From assembly GCA_965112155.1 (NCBI GenBank), contig OZ218103.1: DNA of 64,000 nt; one strand, written 5' to 3'. A program made the position numbers and the translations under genes. This DNA comes from Podarcis liolepis (Eukaryota). Below, piece after piece: positions 22,330-37,440 of the stretch (position 1 is the stretch's first letter; every line of letters begins with the position of its first letter). Under the pieces are notes generated by a model. It had not been told where the DNA came from. It worked only from the letters and a program-made list of their open reading frames with translations, and searched no databases.

Positions 22330-24558
22330 GTTCACTAATTTCAGTTGGTTTACTCTGAGCAAAACTTAATTAACTACCACCTAATGTGTTTGAGCTAAAC
22401 ACAGGCATTGGGACCAAGAATTACAAACTACACAATGTCCTTTGTGAACTAAAACTCTAAGGAAGAACTTTTTAGAGTAGGAGAACTTGCAAGTATTGCC
22501 TCAATGAGGGATGTTTTGTTTAAATGGCTTGGATGCCATTTGGACCAATAAATTCCCCATCAGGCACCAATTTGAGCTTTACCTGTTTTTTGGCCCTTGA
22601 GTACTGGGCATGTAATGAGTTGGTGGCCCCATTATTAAGTCACTATGGGAAGACATTCCCATCACAATTGTTGCTGTTATATCCCAAGGGATTCATGAGT
22701 CATGGAGTCTAACCTCCTTGTCAGTCTCTAGAGGGGATTCTCCAAGGGAAAAAAGGAGGGCAAAGACTTTAATGCTGCTATCCAAGCTATGCAGAGCCAC
22801 CCTAGTTTATGTGTTGCTTGTCTTTATATATAAGCGATTGTGGCAGTTTACGATTATAAATCTAACATGTGCCTTCCCCTGTGCTGAACATCTTGCTCTC
22901 GTCATGCTATTGTGGAGTTTATAAATACATTGTTCCCTAAATCACAATGTTTGCTAATACTGATGAATTTTGATAGCGGTTTTCAACTGTTGACTATCAC
23001 AATCCTATATTCATTTGAATCAATGACACTCTAGCCCAGTCTGTTTGTTTTTGAAGGGGGCCATTGCAAGATGAATATAAAATTATAGAACAACTTTGGA
23101 GCCATTTGTCTATCATAGATTCTTCTTAGTTAGTGCCAGTTAAGAGGGAGGGATATCTTGGGAGTGAAGACCACTAAAAACCTTTGATGAGAATATGCTA
23201 GATTAATTGAGTCTGATCTTAAATTTCTGTTGTTTTAAAGAGTGTATCCCCTTCCTACCTTGGGAGGTGGAGAAGGGGTTTTTGCAATCTGCCAGTGAAG
23301 CCCTGTTCCAGGTGCCATCTCTTTCAGACATTAGATTGTTGTCAGCTAGAAGCAGAGTTTATTCTGTGGTGGCCCCTGAATTCTGGAACACTCTCTCCCT
23401 TGAGGCCTTGTTTTTAATTTGACTGCTGTTGATTTTAGTGATCAGCTAGGGTAGGCTTAGTATTGTTGCATCTGAGTTCATTCAAGCCTCTTATGCAAAC
23501 AGATTATGTCCTGATCCCCTTCATCAGAAACATTACTTTATGAAAGTTTTACCATTTTCAAAGCATATCTCATGGGTCTGAAGATCTCACTGCTCTTTCT
23601 GCATTTGAATGTGTGGCTTATACTCATTAATCTCTTTTCAGTGCCTATTTGGACTGACTATATAAATCTGTAAATTTAAATGAATGAAACATTGTTAATG
23701 TCAGTTTCTGCTGATGATATTTTATTATTTTTGACACATTTGCAAATAAAAATTCTAAGAAAAAGTGTAACTTGGATGTAAGTGGTCCCCTTCAACAAAG
23801 ACATCTTCAAGGAATAGCATTAGTTTTTCTGTATTGCCTTTGTCTGGCTTACCTCTTGAACATGCTGTTCTTGACCAGACTTTCTGAAGTAGTTTTGAGA
23901 CATTTCCATTTTCTTTGTTCTCAGCTTCTCTCTTGGTCTCCTTAACCTTGCTGGAGTTCATGTGCTTTCTGAGTTTCTTGTTCGGACATGAACTTTCTCT
24001 TTATAGCACAAGGGCTTTGACTCATTTAACTGAGAACAAAGCAAATGCAGCTTATGAAAGAATAGTTGTGCCTGATTATGCCTCTCTTCTATGTATATGT
24101 TAACCTGATAGCAAAGCAGTATGTTATTGTGGCTACTTTCAAATTGTATGCCTGCACTTTTACTGTTCTCCAGGATTCCATATGTGCTCCCTGAAGTTGA
24201 ATCTAGTCTCCTCCTTTGCTTTGCTTGCCAAGCAATACTTCAGACTGGCAACCTTTCTTCATCGAGGCATTTGGCAGAAGCATTTCTCCTCACTGTCCCA
24301 TGTGCCAAGACTGCAAAGCTCACTGGTTCAGACATTGAACTTTGCACTTGGTGGAGAGCTTATAGGAATACTTTGCATTCCTTCTCTTTACCCTGACCAG
24401 ACGAGAAAGGAACTGTACCATGGGATGGAGAAGTGGCAGTGGGGGCCTGACCTGCAGAGGAAATGGAATCAAGTAGGGCAAATTAGGCTATAGGCAGGGG
24501 AAGGTGCGATGCAGAGTTTGACCACATTGCATTAATGCCAGCTTCCTTTATTTTGTAG

Positions 24559-24860
24559 CTTCATCAAGGAACGGTCAAAGATCAGCGCGCTACCCATGAA
24601 GAATAAGAAGGCCAGCAGTTTTCACGAGTTTGCCCGCGACACCAGTGACGCCTGGGACATTGGGGATGATGAAGATGAGGACTTCCCATCTTTCCAGACT
24701 TTGAACTCTAAGGTGGCCAAGGCCACAGCAGCCCAGGTGCTGGAGAACCACAGCAGGCTGCGTGTGAAACCTGAGTGGCCCCAGGTGGCTCTGAATGAAG
24801 CACCAACCAATTGTAAGGTCATCAAGTCCAATAGTGAGGCCCAGCTGTCCAGAGCGCCTG
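24559..24860 (+). CDS. TBC1D22B: TBC1D22B coding exon 3
   Basis: FIKERSK...KKASSFHEFARDTSDAWDIGDDEDEDF...SEAQLSRAP; AG/GT sites; 302 nt. Confidence 0.95.
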
Positions 24861-26497
24861 GTAAGGGCCCCCTGGCCTTTTTACCCTATGTGATCTTGTC
24901 AAAGGTGTGTGGGTTCTACAGGTCTGCACAAGGGTCACTTTGGGAGTCAAGTGCAGAACTTAGCATTCTGAGGATCTTGAATTCTAGCCAAGGAATGTGG
25001 ATGATCTCTCTCTTATGGCTGAAAAAATAGATTTGAATATGCGTGGTCAATTCCTGTTGACACCTTGAAAGCTGGTGAGGGGTTGAGTTAGTGCTTTATG
25101 GAGCTCCCTGTTTGCCTCATTTTAGCAGGAGCAGAATAAATTAATGCTGATAATATGTGACTTCTCTTGATTTTCATAACTCTCATTAGTGGACACTGTT
25201 GTTGGTTGGTTGCTCGGATAGGTGAATCCTTCATCTGATCCAGTAGCATCCTTCTTATTTAGCTAGTAGAAATTTGCTTTCGTTGGCACAGACTATATAG
25301 GTTACCTTGGTGTAGTTTTACAACATATATACTTTTGCAGAGTATGCACAGATCTGGTATACTTCCATGGGATAAAAGCCTAGTGTCCTGTCAAATCAGG
25401 CCCACTATTGGGCACAGTCCTTGTGTTACTCCTTTTGCAAGTGATTGGGGCAAGCTTTCTATGAGTAAGCCTTCTTAGTTAACAATGAACCAATCTGAAT
25501 AGGGTTTACTGGATGGGGGTGGGTGGGACCTAGAGCTTTGCACTAAGGACTTTGGAACAGGCATGCAAGACATACTCAAAATAGTTTAGATAATATGGAC
25601 CAGACCTTTTTGTGATGGTGCTAGTGGAGTAAGCAAAGCATACTCTACTTTTTAGCTCTGAGAATGAGCCTTCCTATCACAGAACCACCACCAGATGGCT
25701 CCAGAGTCCATGTCTCACCTCCAGTTATCTGCTGGAAACTGACTGGCCACTTGGCATAGAGGTGTCAGTGGAATTTGGGATAGTAAACTGCCTTTGTGTT
25801 TTTCTGCTTCCTCCCATATGTGTTGAGTTGTCTGTCCAGCATGTTAGAAGAGGAAGGAAGGAAGGAGAGCATGAAAATTGGAGCAAAAGGATTGACCTTG
25901 AGGAGATGATGGATGGAGAGCAGTGAGAGCCTAGCTGTGTTTATTGTTGGAGGACAGGTCAGATGAATCTTTGCCTCAGTAATTATGCAACAAAAATGGT
26001 CTGAGAGCCATCCATGCAAACCACTGAGTGATGCCTATTCTGGATAATGTGGTATTTTCTTTCACCACTGCTTATTAGCCCAGAAAAAGTGAGCAGGACT
26101 CCTGGATCACTACTGTCCTGTGCTGCTAAAGCATTGTTCCAGTTGAACTGAAAGTCCAAATATTACATTAAAGGGATTCCTTCTGTTCCACAGAACGTGC
26201 AGTTGAAGCAGAGTAGCTGCCCAGCAGGAGTGCATGAGTTTATATTTCCTGCTCGTTGAGGTTGCGTTTGTATCTTTTTAATAATAGCGTGGCAGGAAAA
26301 AATTCAGTTGGTGGAGCTTCTGTCCCCATTCAGTGATGGGGGACAAACTTCACAGGTGTGAAGCCTTTCTTCGTCGTGCATGTTTGTGAAGGTGTGCAGA
26401 CCTTTTTGGGAATGGTAGTGGATTCTGGAAGCTCCAGACAGTGCTTGCCGCTGCCCAGTATGCTCATGGCCTGATGGACCTCTTTAAACTCTTTTAG

Positions 26498-26677
26498 AGG
26501 ATGCCTGTGTGCGCAACCCCCTCCACAAACAGCAATCCCTCCCACTCCGACCCATCATTCCGCTTGTTGCTCGCATCTCTGACCAAAACGCTTCAGGGGC
26601 TCCTCCCATGACGGTGCGTGAGAAAACTCGCTTGGAGAAATTCCGGCAGCTTCTGTCTAGCCACAACACAGATCTAG
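26498..26677 (+). CDS. TBC1D22B: TBC1D22B coding exon 4
   Basis: NPLHKQQSLPLRPIIPLVARISDQNASGAPPMTVREKTRLEKFRQLLSSHNTDL; 180 nt. Confidence 0.95.
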
Positions 26678-27409
26678 GTGAGTCCAGGCAATAAACTCAG
26701 AGGGTCCTGTTAGTTTCAGGATATCACCAGAGGGGAGAGAAGTGTGTTCCCCGTTTGGTTCCTTTCTCTTGTTTAGAAGTAGTTTTGCGTTGAAACTGTA
26801 CTCAGTAACTAGGATAAGTGTGACACTGATGTCTTGTTTTGTTGAGCGGCTAATAAGCACTGCCTAAATTGGGAAGTCATCCCAGGCATTGCGGAATACA
26901 ACTCCCATAATCTTTTGTAAGTATGGCTAGTTGTCAAGGATTATGGGAGTTAGGTATCATGGCATCTGCAGGGCACCATATTGGCTGCCCCTGGTTTAAA
27001 GAGTGGTGTTCGACTCAGAATCAATGGAATATATTTATTTAAAAAAAACCCTTTTCCAGTGCTCCAGGCTGCTTATGCCATGTATTTGAGCCACAATTCT
27101 ACACCCCTTTATCTGGGAGAAAGCTGTATTGTAATCAATGAGACTTACTTCTGGGTAGACACGTATGGAAATGCAGTGCAAGTTACATAAATGTTTGATA
27201 AAAATACAATTAAAAACCTATAATTACAAAAAAAGAAAGAAAAAAGGAATCATAGACACCATCACCATAGAAACCTACATATCCAGCAAAAAAGTCTTTC
27301 TCGTGGTTCTGGAACCTGCCAAGCTGACAGGAGTTGCTTTTCCTCCCTAGTGTAGAAATGCCAGCCAAGATACTGCGTGTGAATAAACTTAACTGCTCTC
27401 CATTTGCAG

Positions 27410-27480
27410 ATGAATTGAGGAAATGCAGCTGGCCTGGGGTCCCCAGAGAGGTCCGGCCTGTGACGTGGCGACTTTTATCA
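27410..27480 (+). CDS. TBC1D22B: TBC1D22B coding exon 5
   Basis: ELRKCSWPGVPREVRPVTWRLLS, start of the TBC domain; 71 nt. Confidence 0.95.
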
Positions 27481-28179
27481 GTGAGTGCTGCTTCCCTAAG
27501 CTAAGGCAACTTGCGTACATTTGCAATCTATAGAATACATACAAACGACAGAGCTGGACTCTAGGGAAACATGTCAGCTATACTAGGCCCTGGTTGAGTT
27601 CTTCAGGTCTTTTCAGCCTAGACACCTGGGATCCTTTAACGGGAGAGGAACGTCTCCCTCCCATAAACATGAGAGAATATTACCTTTTAAAAACTAGGCA
27701 TCAAAGCAATGGAGACTTAGAAATAAGATTTGCCTGACTTAGAAATAAAAGTTGCCTGTACGTTCTGTTGGTTATACCTGGAAAAAACAAACATGCTGCT
27801 GGATTCCAGAAAGCCGCTTCTGCAAAAAGTGAGATATGATGATTAGATTCAGAAACTTTTTTTTTTGTAGCAGCAAGTGTTAAAACTAAGTTTGTTGGTT
27901 TCTATGCAAGGTAGCCTTGAATGCCCATAAGAGTGATGGGGGGATTCTGGCAGTTGCCACTTCTTCCACCACACTTGGATAGAAGGAGTTGCCTTTGCTT
28001 AACCTTCTATGAGATTCTTACATGGCTCCAACTTTTCTTTTACTGAATCCTGCACTCCTGGTTAGAACAGTTCTCCTGCAAACTACTTTCAGGCATGCAT
28101 GTGTGTAGGGAAGTTGAGGACTTTGAGCACAGCAGAGGAAAAGGAGACTTGCCTTGACGGGCTTTTCTTTCTCCTACAG

Positions 28180-28308
28180 GGTTACCTCCCTGCCAGCATG
28201 GAGCGGAGGAAGCTGACTTTGCAGCGCAAACGAGAAGAGTATTTTGGTTTCATTGAGCAGTATTACGACTCCAGAAATGAGGAGCACCATCAAGATACAT
28301 ACCGGCAG
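28180..28308 (+). CDS. TBC1D22B: TBC1D22B coding exon 6
   Basis: GYLPASMERRKLTLQRKREEYFGFIEQYYDSRNEEHHQDTYRQ; 129 nt. Confidence 0.95.
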
Positions 28309-28868
28309 GTACCCAGCCCCCTACTTCCTGCTGCCTGCCATTTCTTTCGCTTAGCATCTGGGGTACATTAGGATTCCATGGCACAGGGCTTAGTCATTCC
28401 ACTAACAGTGGCAACAGTGTGCTTTTTACCTGTAACCTTGTCTCTTATCGTGGCAGACCCATCCTACACAAAACAGTGTTTGTGGGTGTTAGTGGTCAGA
28501 AGTGAGCAGATGTTAACTCTTGACCTGCCAAGAGATCCTAGAGAAGAAATACTTTAAAAATTTACCCAGGTATTTGAAGTGGCCTTTAAAAGGTGTTCTG
28601 CTTTCAAGCATTCCAGATACTCTGCTTTGTGTTCTAAATGCAGCCTCTGTTGAAAGGATTTTGGATGATAGGCTAGCATGTTCTTTTTTATTAAAGAAGG
28701 AGGAGCAAAACAGTTCTTCGGGATTTCTGAATGAGTCAATATCACCTCTTCCACCTTAAGTCATAGTTCTGCTTTGGCTTGAGCCAGAGAAATATTGCCT
28801 CTAGTGCTGATCAGCTTGGCAACCATTAATGTTCTCTGATACATATATATTTTACAATTGTCTTTCAG

Positions 28869-28934
28869 ATCCATATAGACATTCCACGGACGAACCCCCT
28901 CATCCCTCTGTTCCAGCAGCCACTAGTACAGGAG
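28869..28934 (+). CDS. TBC1D22B: TBC1D22B coding exon 7 (IxxDxxR arginine finger)
   Basis: IHIDIPRTNPLIPLFQQPLVQE; 66 nt. Confidence 0.95.
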
Positions 28935-31900
28935 GTAAAAGGGGCCTTTTCTTTTTAGCTTTCCTGCAGTGTGAGTTGCCAGCCTGTGTTGATGGGCAGG
29001 AAGTTTCTCCTGCCCCCCAAAAAATATCTAGCATTTTTTCCCAGTCAGCTGCTTTCTGCTGTATGCATGGGCTTTTCTAAAAAAGAAAGTCATAGCTGAT
29101 TTCAACCTCAGCAGTGAAATTTTGTACATTTCATTCCAAAAGCAGAGTTGCCACCCATTTCTTAATTTGGTATCTTGTGCAAATTCTGTGCTCAAGCTGA
29201 ACTCTCAGCTGAAATGCAAGTTTTTTTTGCAGGAGCAAGCTCAGTTTGCATGCTTTACTTACAGTTCCCTAGGGGTGGCAGGAACTGCCCTTTCCTTCAA
29301 GATCCACACCTATCTGGAAACGATAGAACTAGACGTTAGAGGTGATGCGTGGCTGTCCCTGAGATTCAGCCTTGAATCTCATTTTCCCCTCTCTTTGGTA
29401 ATATCTGGTAATAAAAAATATGTGACAAGACTTCACCCCATTCTTTTTCCTTATCCCCCTACACATCATTGGATGCTGGCTGCAGGGATGTAGAAACTCA
29501 TAACATGGTGACAGCATGTCCTATATTTTGTGTTACTAGATGATGCAGGGAACAGAGGCGGGGAAAATGTGGGACTGCTGTTTCCATCTGCAGGTATGCA
29601 GTACCCATAATGTGTAATTCTGGGCTCAATTTCATAAGACTCCACAATTTGAGTTGATGTCTCCTAGGAACAGAGACTGCCAGCCTGTTACGCCAAGTGT
29701 GCTTATGGCAAGATATCATCTCAATCCCAAAGGCACACTATCAGTGTGTGTGTTGCAGAGTTGTGCATGAAGTTTCGCAGCAACAATGTGACTTGCCAGA
29801 GGCTAAATAGTTTGTTAGTGGCAGAGCCAGGAATGAGCTACAGCTTCTGTCTGAACCAGACAGAATTGCAGGAATTAATAATGAAAACTGACTTTTGCAG
29901 TATAGCTCAAAATCCTTTGACTGACCTAATCCTGTTGAATATTTACTGATGCTTGCAGAGCATGCCAGTTCAGTCAAGTCTGAGTGGACTTAATCCAAGT
30001 CCCTTCTGCATAGCGGAGAGGCAGGGTTTGCAAAGAACCGGTAATTGACTGATGTTGGAGTTTATGAAAATTGATGTCTAAAGCCACAGGCCCTGCTATC
30101 ATGCAAGCTTGATTCACATTTTCTGGTTTTTGGAGCACAGAAGCCCACAGTGTGTCCCATGGGGGGGGGGGGATTCAACAAAGTCCTGTGCTGTTGTCTT
30201 GAAATTAATAGGTTCATGACTGTTCTGAGCTACATTGTCATTGCTACTGTAATATGGCTTGTTTGCTGGTGTATGCCTCCTTTCTCCTTCTAGCGGACAA
30301 TGGCTCATAGATTGGGGGTTAAAGCATTGTTCAGCCTGTGGCTTAAAGCATTGTTCAGCCTGAAACCTAGAATACTTCATTGTTAACGTAGGTGGTAGTG
30401 CTGTAAAGCAAACTGTCATGCTCAGAGTATGATTAACGAGAGCTGTCTACTGTAATTGTGCTGAACGCCATTGCAGACCAATCTGCTAAACTGTAAAATG
30501 AATATATGCAGGCTCCTTAAAGGAATTTCCCCCCAAGAAATGTATGTCCAAGGTAATGAGGATGGCACCCGTCTTTATAACAGTTTTGCAAGGTTTTTTT
30601 TGCAAATAGCGGCAAATGCCCTCCGGATCTGTTCTCTTGAGTTTTGTTAGAGGACAAGTCTTTAAATCTGACATTTTGCTTGCCTGCAAATTTTGATCCT
30701 AGTGGATGCAAATGGAATGAGGTGCTCCAGCCAGCAGCCCACCAGTGCTCTGAAGGCAGGGCTCCTCATCTTTTGGAAGTGCACATGTAGGAACTGTATG
30801 AAACTTCAACCATAGCTTAGGTTCTTGTGGATTTCAGCTTTCTTAAGTGAAGAACAGCATGTTCCTTGCCCATGGTTGTGGACATAACATTTCAAAAACA
30901 TGCAAGCCAAGGCAACTAAAAACAAGAAGAAAACAAAATCCCCCCCCCCCCATTCCAGTGTTCAGAATGCACACCTTGTATGGCTGCTAGTTCCCCATTG
31001 CCCGTTCCCCACTGTACCTTCTTATGTTCCATTATCCATAACACTTACTGCTCCTTAGCCATGCCTGATTCCTGCCGTTATAGCCCTTTGCATTCAGGTA
31101 GCCAGCTCAGAATAAAACATACAAAAAGAACATCTTCAGGTGTAATTTTTGTAACTTTGCTGTGATTTGTTCTCACTCAAATGATCTGTTTTCTTTGAAG
31201 AACTTGGACTTGTGTTTCTTGACACGTGTGGTAGCAGATGACTAAGGGTTGCATTCATCATAGTGCCAATGAGATAACTCCACCAGTACAACAAATTACT
31301 GCTTACCCAACAAAACAATCTCCCCTCTCCTCTCCCTCTGCACTGTCTTGGGGGTTCTCCTGAAGTCCCACTGTGGGGGCTTCTGCTAACAAAGCAAATT
31401 AGCTAAATACAGTATGGCCCTAAATATATTGGCAGTGATTTGGTAAGGCTGACTTGCATGCTAGAGGGGGGTGTAGTGTGTTGAACTGGGAACACTGGGC
31501 TGTTACCAGGGCAGACTTTTTATTCATTGGGCATTATTTCTCTGATAGCAGCTCTCCAAGGTTTCAGGCAGAGGTATTTCCCACTACTTGCTTACCTGAT
31601 CCTTTTTTAAACTGGAGGTGCCAGTGACTGACTCAGTGGCAGATCACAGTGGCATGTAGTCATTTCTCTAGTTTAACCATCTCTCAAGATATTTTCTGCA
31701 ACAGAGTGGTTTGAATTATAGAAAAATGTGGCATGTTATGTTTAGCAAAATCAGAGGGAGGAAGCCTAGGTAGTGGGTGGATTCAGCTCTTGAATCTCGT
31801 AAGTGGAAACCGGAATGAGGGCTCCCACTAGCGCAACAGGGTTCCCCCCCTCCTCCTGTGTCCCCAGCAGCCCCTGAGATTGGCTCTGTGGGTGTCAGGA

Positions 31901-33252
31901 GAACCCCAGAGCAACATGCAGGGGGAAAGGGGAGGGGACCATTCCATCTGGCAAGCTGTTGCACTGATGGAACACTTGCCGTGATGCTGTGTTGATTTCC
32001 TCCCAGTTCCACCTACTAGAAGCACCCTTTAACTAGTTTTGGCAAAGCATATTTAGCAAGCTAATCCATCCAAAAGCTGTAAGGTCTGGCAGCTAAAAGC
32101 TGCTCCAGTTGCTGGGCTACAAATAAAACTGCACTTTGAAATCCTGTTTATCCATGGCATTTTTCCTTCTGCAAACGGGGATGAACCTGTTGCAAGCACT
32201 TCCAGCTGGAGCATGAGGTCTCAAATAGCCCGTAATTTGGGTAACATCTCACTTGTTCCCTTCAAGCAAGACCACAGATATGAAGGAGATCTTGAAGAAA
32301 ATCAAATAAATGAAAGCTGGCAAAAAAAACTGTGTGGCATTGTGTCAGGGCAACACTGGATAAATTTTTATTCTACATATGCTTGTCACCCTGGGATCCT
32401 ATGGGATAAAGGGTAGCTTATGAATATAAATAAATAGAAGCTCCCTTTTTACTCTGTGCTTGGATGAACTGCTGTCTGTATGTTTCTCTTTCTTTTTTGT
32501 TTAAGAGATGGAAACTTACAATGCTTTCTTTATGCAGAACTGAAAGTTTAAATCTCTGGGAGGGGCACAGGGCTTCCCTTTCCTCCCTGTGGCTACAGTT
32601 ATTTTGAGGAGAAAGGGAAGGAAAAAAACTTCTGGCCTACCATCTGCCACTATGTGAACATGGTGAAAGCAAAGTTAGATAATACTCAGACTGCATCTCG
32701 TTCCCCTCTGTTTTGATGGCAGAGCAGTAAACGGAAACATCTCTCTGCAGTTGTTTTCAGGGCAGAGAGCTCTCATGGAAAGGATGGTAATTCTGACTTC
32801 CCACTGGCCTACATGCAGCATCTTATGCTGGTTCATGTATATCCTGGCTGGCAAACCCCCAACATGAAGGTGTTACCTAGCTACCCAAGCAATCTTTCTG
32901 CCCCCCCCCCCAAAGATCCCAGCAGTTTGAGTGGCAGTGGCAAAAAAAGAAGTAACAACCCTGTGTCCTCGGTGTGTGCACGCATGTGGGAGTTTAAGGT
33001 GGTCATACCCAACACTGGTATGTGGTTTTTGGAGAGTTCACCCAAGAGTACATGTGGTTCTTGGGCCCCAAAAGTGTAGCCACTCTGGTTGTAGTCTATA
33101 CTTCATACTGGGTCTCTCTGCACCTTAAGCTGTGTGCATTTCTAACTCTTTATCGCACACTCTTCCCCCCTTGTGCTTGTCAGCCTTTCCACTTCTGTCT
33201 TTCCCCTGGGCATGGCTAACTCGAGCACCTGGCTTTCCTTCTCCCTCTCTAG

Positions 33253-33367
33253 ATCTTTGAACGAATCCTGTTTATCTGGGCCATCCGACACCCAGCCAGC
33301 GGCTACGTGCAGGGGATTAATGACCTGGTCACTCCATTTTTTGTCGTGTTCCTCTCTGAATATGTTG
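33253..33367 (+). CDS. TBC1D22B: TBC1D22B coding exon 8 (YxQ glutamine finger)
   Basis: IFERILFIWAIRHPASGYVQGINDLVTPFFVVFLSEYV; 115 nt. Confidence 0.95.
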
Positions 33368-36300
33368 GTAAGCGATGCTGGATGGCTGCAATGTGCTCTT
33401 AGTGCTTGCTGATGAGTACTCAAATTGTCATCATTGGGTAAGCTCTGTCATGCCAGAACTGCTTTGCTGTTGGCTGCTGTAGAAGCTAGTAGTGCATATT
33501 AATCTGTTCTCACTTCTGCCCTGGATTGGCTTTCGTCAGTTGCATACTGTGCTTAACAGTGAAAACAGGTATGGTTTTGAATGCATCTCTAACTGGGATT
33601 TCTAGAAGGGCAAAACAAGCCATTAGTGTCCGAAATGCCACTAAGAGAAATAGCTAAGCTGTGTCAAAAATATTTAAATACTTTGCCAAGGATGCCAGCA
33701 TCTTTCAATCAGGATGCTTTATGCATTGAAACGCCTGCATTTCTGTGGTCCAAGGCAAGCCGTTCTCATTCTCCTGTAATTTTTAGAAAGCTGACAAAAT
33801 GACATAATGTCCAAGATTATTTTCCATACTTATGCACCTCTCATACTTTTATCCCAGGCATTTTTGTGTTGTGACACCTGTAGATGTTAACTCATTTTGT
33901 CTTGTACAACCGCCTCATATGGTAAGCCAGTTACCATGATCTGTCTTAGGAGCAGAATGTGTTGTCTGCCCCCTCCCCCCAAAACCCAATTAAAGCCATG
34001 TTTTTCAAATGTTTTGAAAGGGGGCCTTTCTATACACTTAACCTTCAGGACCCACTTGTGTACTACTAACGCCGCCTTTGAACCTTGCCTTCACATTCTG
34101 TTGCAGAAGCAACAAAAGAACATCATAATGTTTGTAGTTAACATCCATTTTCAATGCTAAAATCATTTTTAATGTTAAATCTAGAGATGTAGGTATTTGA
34201 ATAGAATTTATACATTTCAACCACCAACAGGATCCTAATACATAAAAGTGTGTGCATTAGTAAATATTTGGGTTTTGTTGGTGATGGAGTTATTTTGTGG
34301 GGACCTTTATTGTGTTAAGAATTGTATCCTAAAATTTAAGCATGACATGAAGGAAAGGAGTGAATGAGCCTGTCTAGTAACATGTCTTGCCCCATACATG
34401 CCCATTCGACTGCTTTGATCAGTGACTTTTACAAGTGCGACAGAATGTTCGTTCAGCATTTATGAGGATTCTTTAATTTTTAGCATGGAGCAGCTGTGCT
34501 TTGGGACTCCCTGCCTATTGACATTAGGCAGGCATCCTTGCTATATTGTCTTCGATGCCTACTGAAAACGTCCTTATTTCAGCAAGTCTACCCAAACATA
34601 TAATCCAATTACCTATATTTGTTTTGAAAGATTTACTGGTTTTACCTCTCTGTAGCAGTGATAATTAGTTTATATCTATTTGCTTTTTCAGTTTTGTGAG
34701 TTTTAGCTGGGTTTTATCTAAAATTTTATTATGTACACCATTTAAAGAACTCTTTGATTATGTGGTGCGTGAAGCTTTCCAAATACAGTTTAGAAATAAG
34801 TTAAAGAGGTTGCATATCAGTAATAATTTTTGGGATGGGGTAAGCCTCTGATAATGAAGGAGAACCTCCATGTTGTGTGACCCACCTACAACCCATCAGA
34901 ACCTACCTACCTGTGGCTTGGGCTTCTGAGTTTGAGAATTTCTGCTTTAAAGGCTTGAAGGTAGGAACACTAGATTGGGTTTTGCATCTGAAGCAAGGAG
35001 CTGGCTAAGAAATATTGGGACAACAAAGCCATGCTAGACCGGTACTCTTGCCCCTTTTGGGCTCAACTGCTTGCCATTCCCTGTACTTTTGCTTGTGGAT
35101 GCTTCTCCTTGACCTGCTAGTCTTGATAGCTGTCATGAACCACCTTCTGCTGCACACGAAAGACTAGCCTTTTATAACCTGGAAACCCAATTTCTGTAGC
35201 TTCACAGTGAGAGCAATAAATTATGTATTTTGCAAATATTGTGCAAACATCTGAGCACAAATGAGGCCATTGAATATTGGTAGAGATGAGGATTTGAGGC
35301 CATGTTAGATACTCCACCCTAGTTGTAATCAGAGGAGAATATGAAATGGAACTTCACAAATTGCTGGTTGGTAAGTAAGTAAGGGCAGGGGAGTTGGTAA
35401 CTACGGCAAAAACCAAGTTCCATGGTTATTGGTGCAGTTGGCTATACAGTAAATAGGCATCCTTGTTGATTGCTAATGCTATAAATGTGGATGCTAAAAA
35501 CATCTTCAGGTTTTCATTATGTTCTTTCCTCCCTGTTTTTTATATTGTCATGCTGACTTCACTCATTCCAAATTCAGGGATGAGGAACTCATAACTAGCC
35601 AGATATTGTTTGACTCCCATCAGCTCCAGCAAACATGACCAGTTGTTACGATTGATGGGAGTTGTAGCCCAGCAATCTCTGGAGAGCCACAGGTTCCTCA
35701 TCCCTGATATAGATGTTGAGAAGCATGGGAGACAAGATAGAACAGTATGGAACCCCATAGCATTAATGCTATAGGTCCAAGCAGTATCCCCTCAGCACCA
35801 CCTTCTGGAATCAGCATTCCATATATAAATTGAACCAGTGGAACACTACACTGCCAGGACCCAACCTGGAGAGCCTGTCTAGAAGGATATCCAGCTGCCA
35901 AGAGGCCCAGAAGAATTAGCAGTCACATTCTCTTGGTCTCTCTCCCAATTTGGTCATCAATAAGCAGCCCAAGCCTTTCTGTGCCTGATCCGGGCCTGAA
36001 ACCAGATTGATTCTATTGATCCATTTTATTCTCATCTAGAGTTGCATCCATAGCATCAGAATTCAAACTGGTGCTCCTCAGTTCTAAATACCAGCCGCTT
36101 CCCTGGCAGCTCACAGTAGCAACTTTTTCATTTCTTTTTTTCTTTTGGCTACTCTTGCCTGTAACAGGCTTCCTTAAATAGCTGCTTCTTATCTGTGGTT
36201 TGAGCTGTTTCTGTACACATCCATCCCCTAATGGCACAGCCTGTAGCATAGATGGCTGAATCAGCAAGCCAGCAGGATCTCCCCGGGGAAGCATTTTGTG

Positions 36301-37440
36301 TGGGAAATGACTGCTTTGTTTGGAGGCAGGAGTTCTTAAGCCCTTATCTCCAAATAAACTCTTGCTTATGCATTTGTGCTGACACCTGTGCCTCTTAATA
36401 TTGGATTTACTGGTCTCTCGTAGCATCAGTCCTCAGCAATGCATTAACCTTGGTCTGCCCAGGTCACTGCCACTCATTAACCCCCCACTGCTGGGGGTAA
36501 GTGTTGTGTTCCCAGCTGATGCCCTCAGCCAATTTTTGCGATGGATTGAGAAGTGTCTCACGGAAAGGTCTGCTTCTCAATACATGTGTATGGCCAACTG
36601 TTGCTTTTTGGTGGGGGGACAGTCATTCAAGAGCCATACAAGGAGTTTGAAGCGCACACAGCTGGGCAACACGGTTCAGTTGACAGAAGATGGCATTTTG
36701 GAAAGCACCCAAAGATATTGGTTGTTGTGGAGCTTTTATCAATGAGATATTCTGCGTTGTGAACTGGGCACATCTGGATGCCCTCTGCCAAAAAGCACCG
36801 GAGAAGATTCGGAACAAGGCAATGGAGCCATTGTCCTTAGACACGACACACGGAAAGGATTCTAGGAAGTTCTGCCCCACAATATAGACAAGTGGTCGTG
36901 GCTGCTTTCACCTTTCTGAAATTGCCTTTCCATGATTCCTGGTGAGTCGCCTGACCACTGACCTGCAGCAAACTCTGTCCCCTGTGCATTTCCTCTTTCT
37001 CTTGTATGCTTGCCTCTTCCAAAGGTGAACACCATTTGCTTGCTGCACAAGCCCAGCTGTCTTTGTGAGACTTCTGGGCCTCTGCCAGGGACAGATCTAT
37101 ATATGGAGTGTCTGATGCTCCCATCAGATCAATGGTTTTAGCTGAAGATTGCTGAGCACTGCTTGTTTTAGCTAGTGCTGTCTGACAGGATGGCTTATGG
37201 GAGTTGTCAGGGCTGCAGCTGCAGAGGATATTTAGCATCCTACAGGTTGAGCTAGTGCAGGCTGCCAAAGGTCCTAAACCGGCAGGATAGTGGTCATTTG
37301 GAAGAGATTTTAGGGTTGCCTTAAAGAGGCATATATAAGTGATCTCCAGCACAGACAGCATCTTGCCCAGCAAAAGCAAGGTAGGCCTGCTGGGATATGT
37401 GTGTGTTGGTGGGAATCAAGGATTTGAGTTAATGGGCATT

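Noticed and set aside
30319-30362. Short direct repeat TTAAAGCATTGTTCAGCCTG x2
   Set aside because: Only two units; ordinary slippage duplication, not an array.
36401-37379. ORF cluster in intron 8 including a 180-aa - strand ORF (possible nested gene or viral insert)
   Set aside because: Non-ATG start, no recognisable motifs or exon structure; BLASTx would be needed to exclude it fully.
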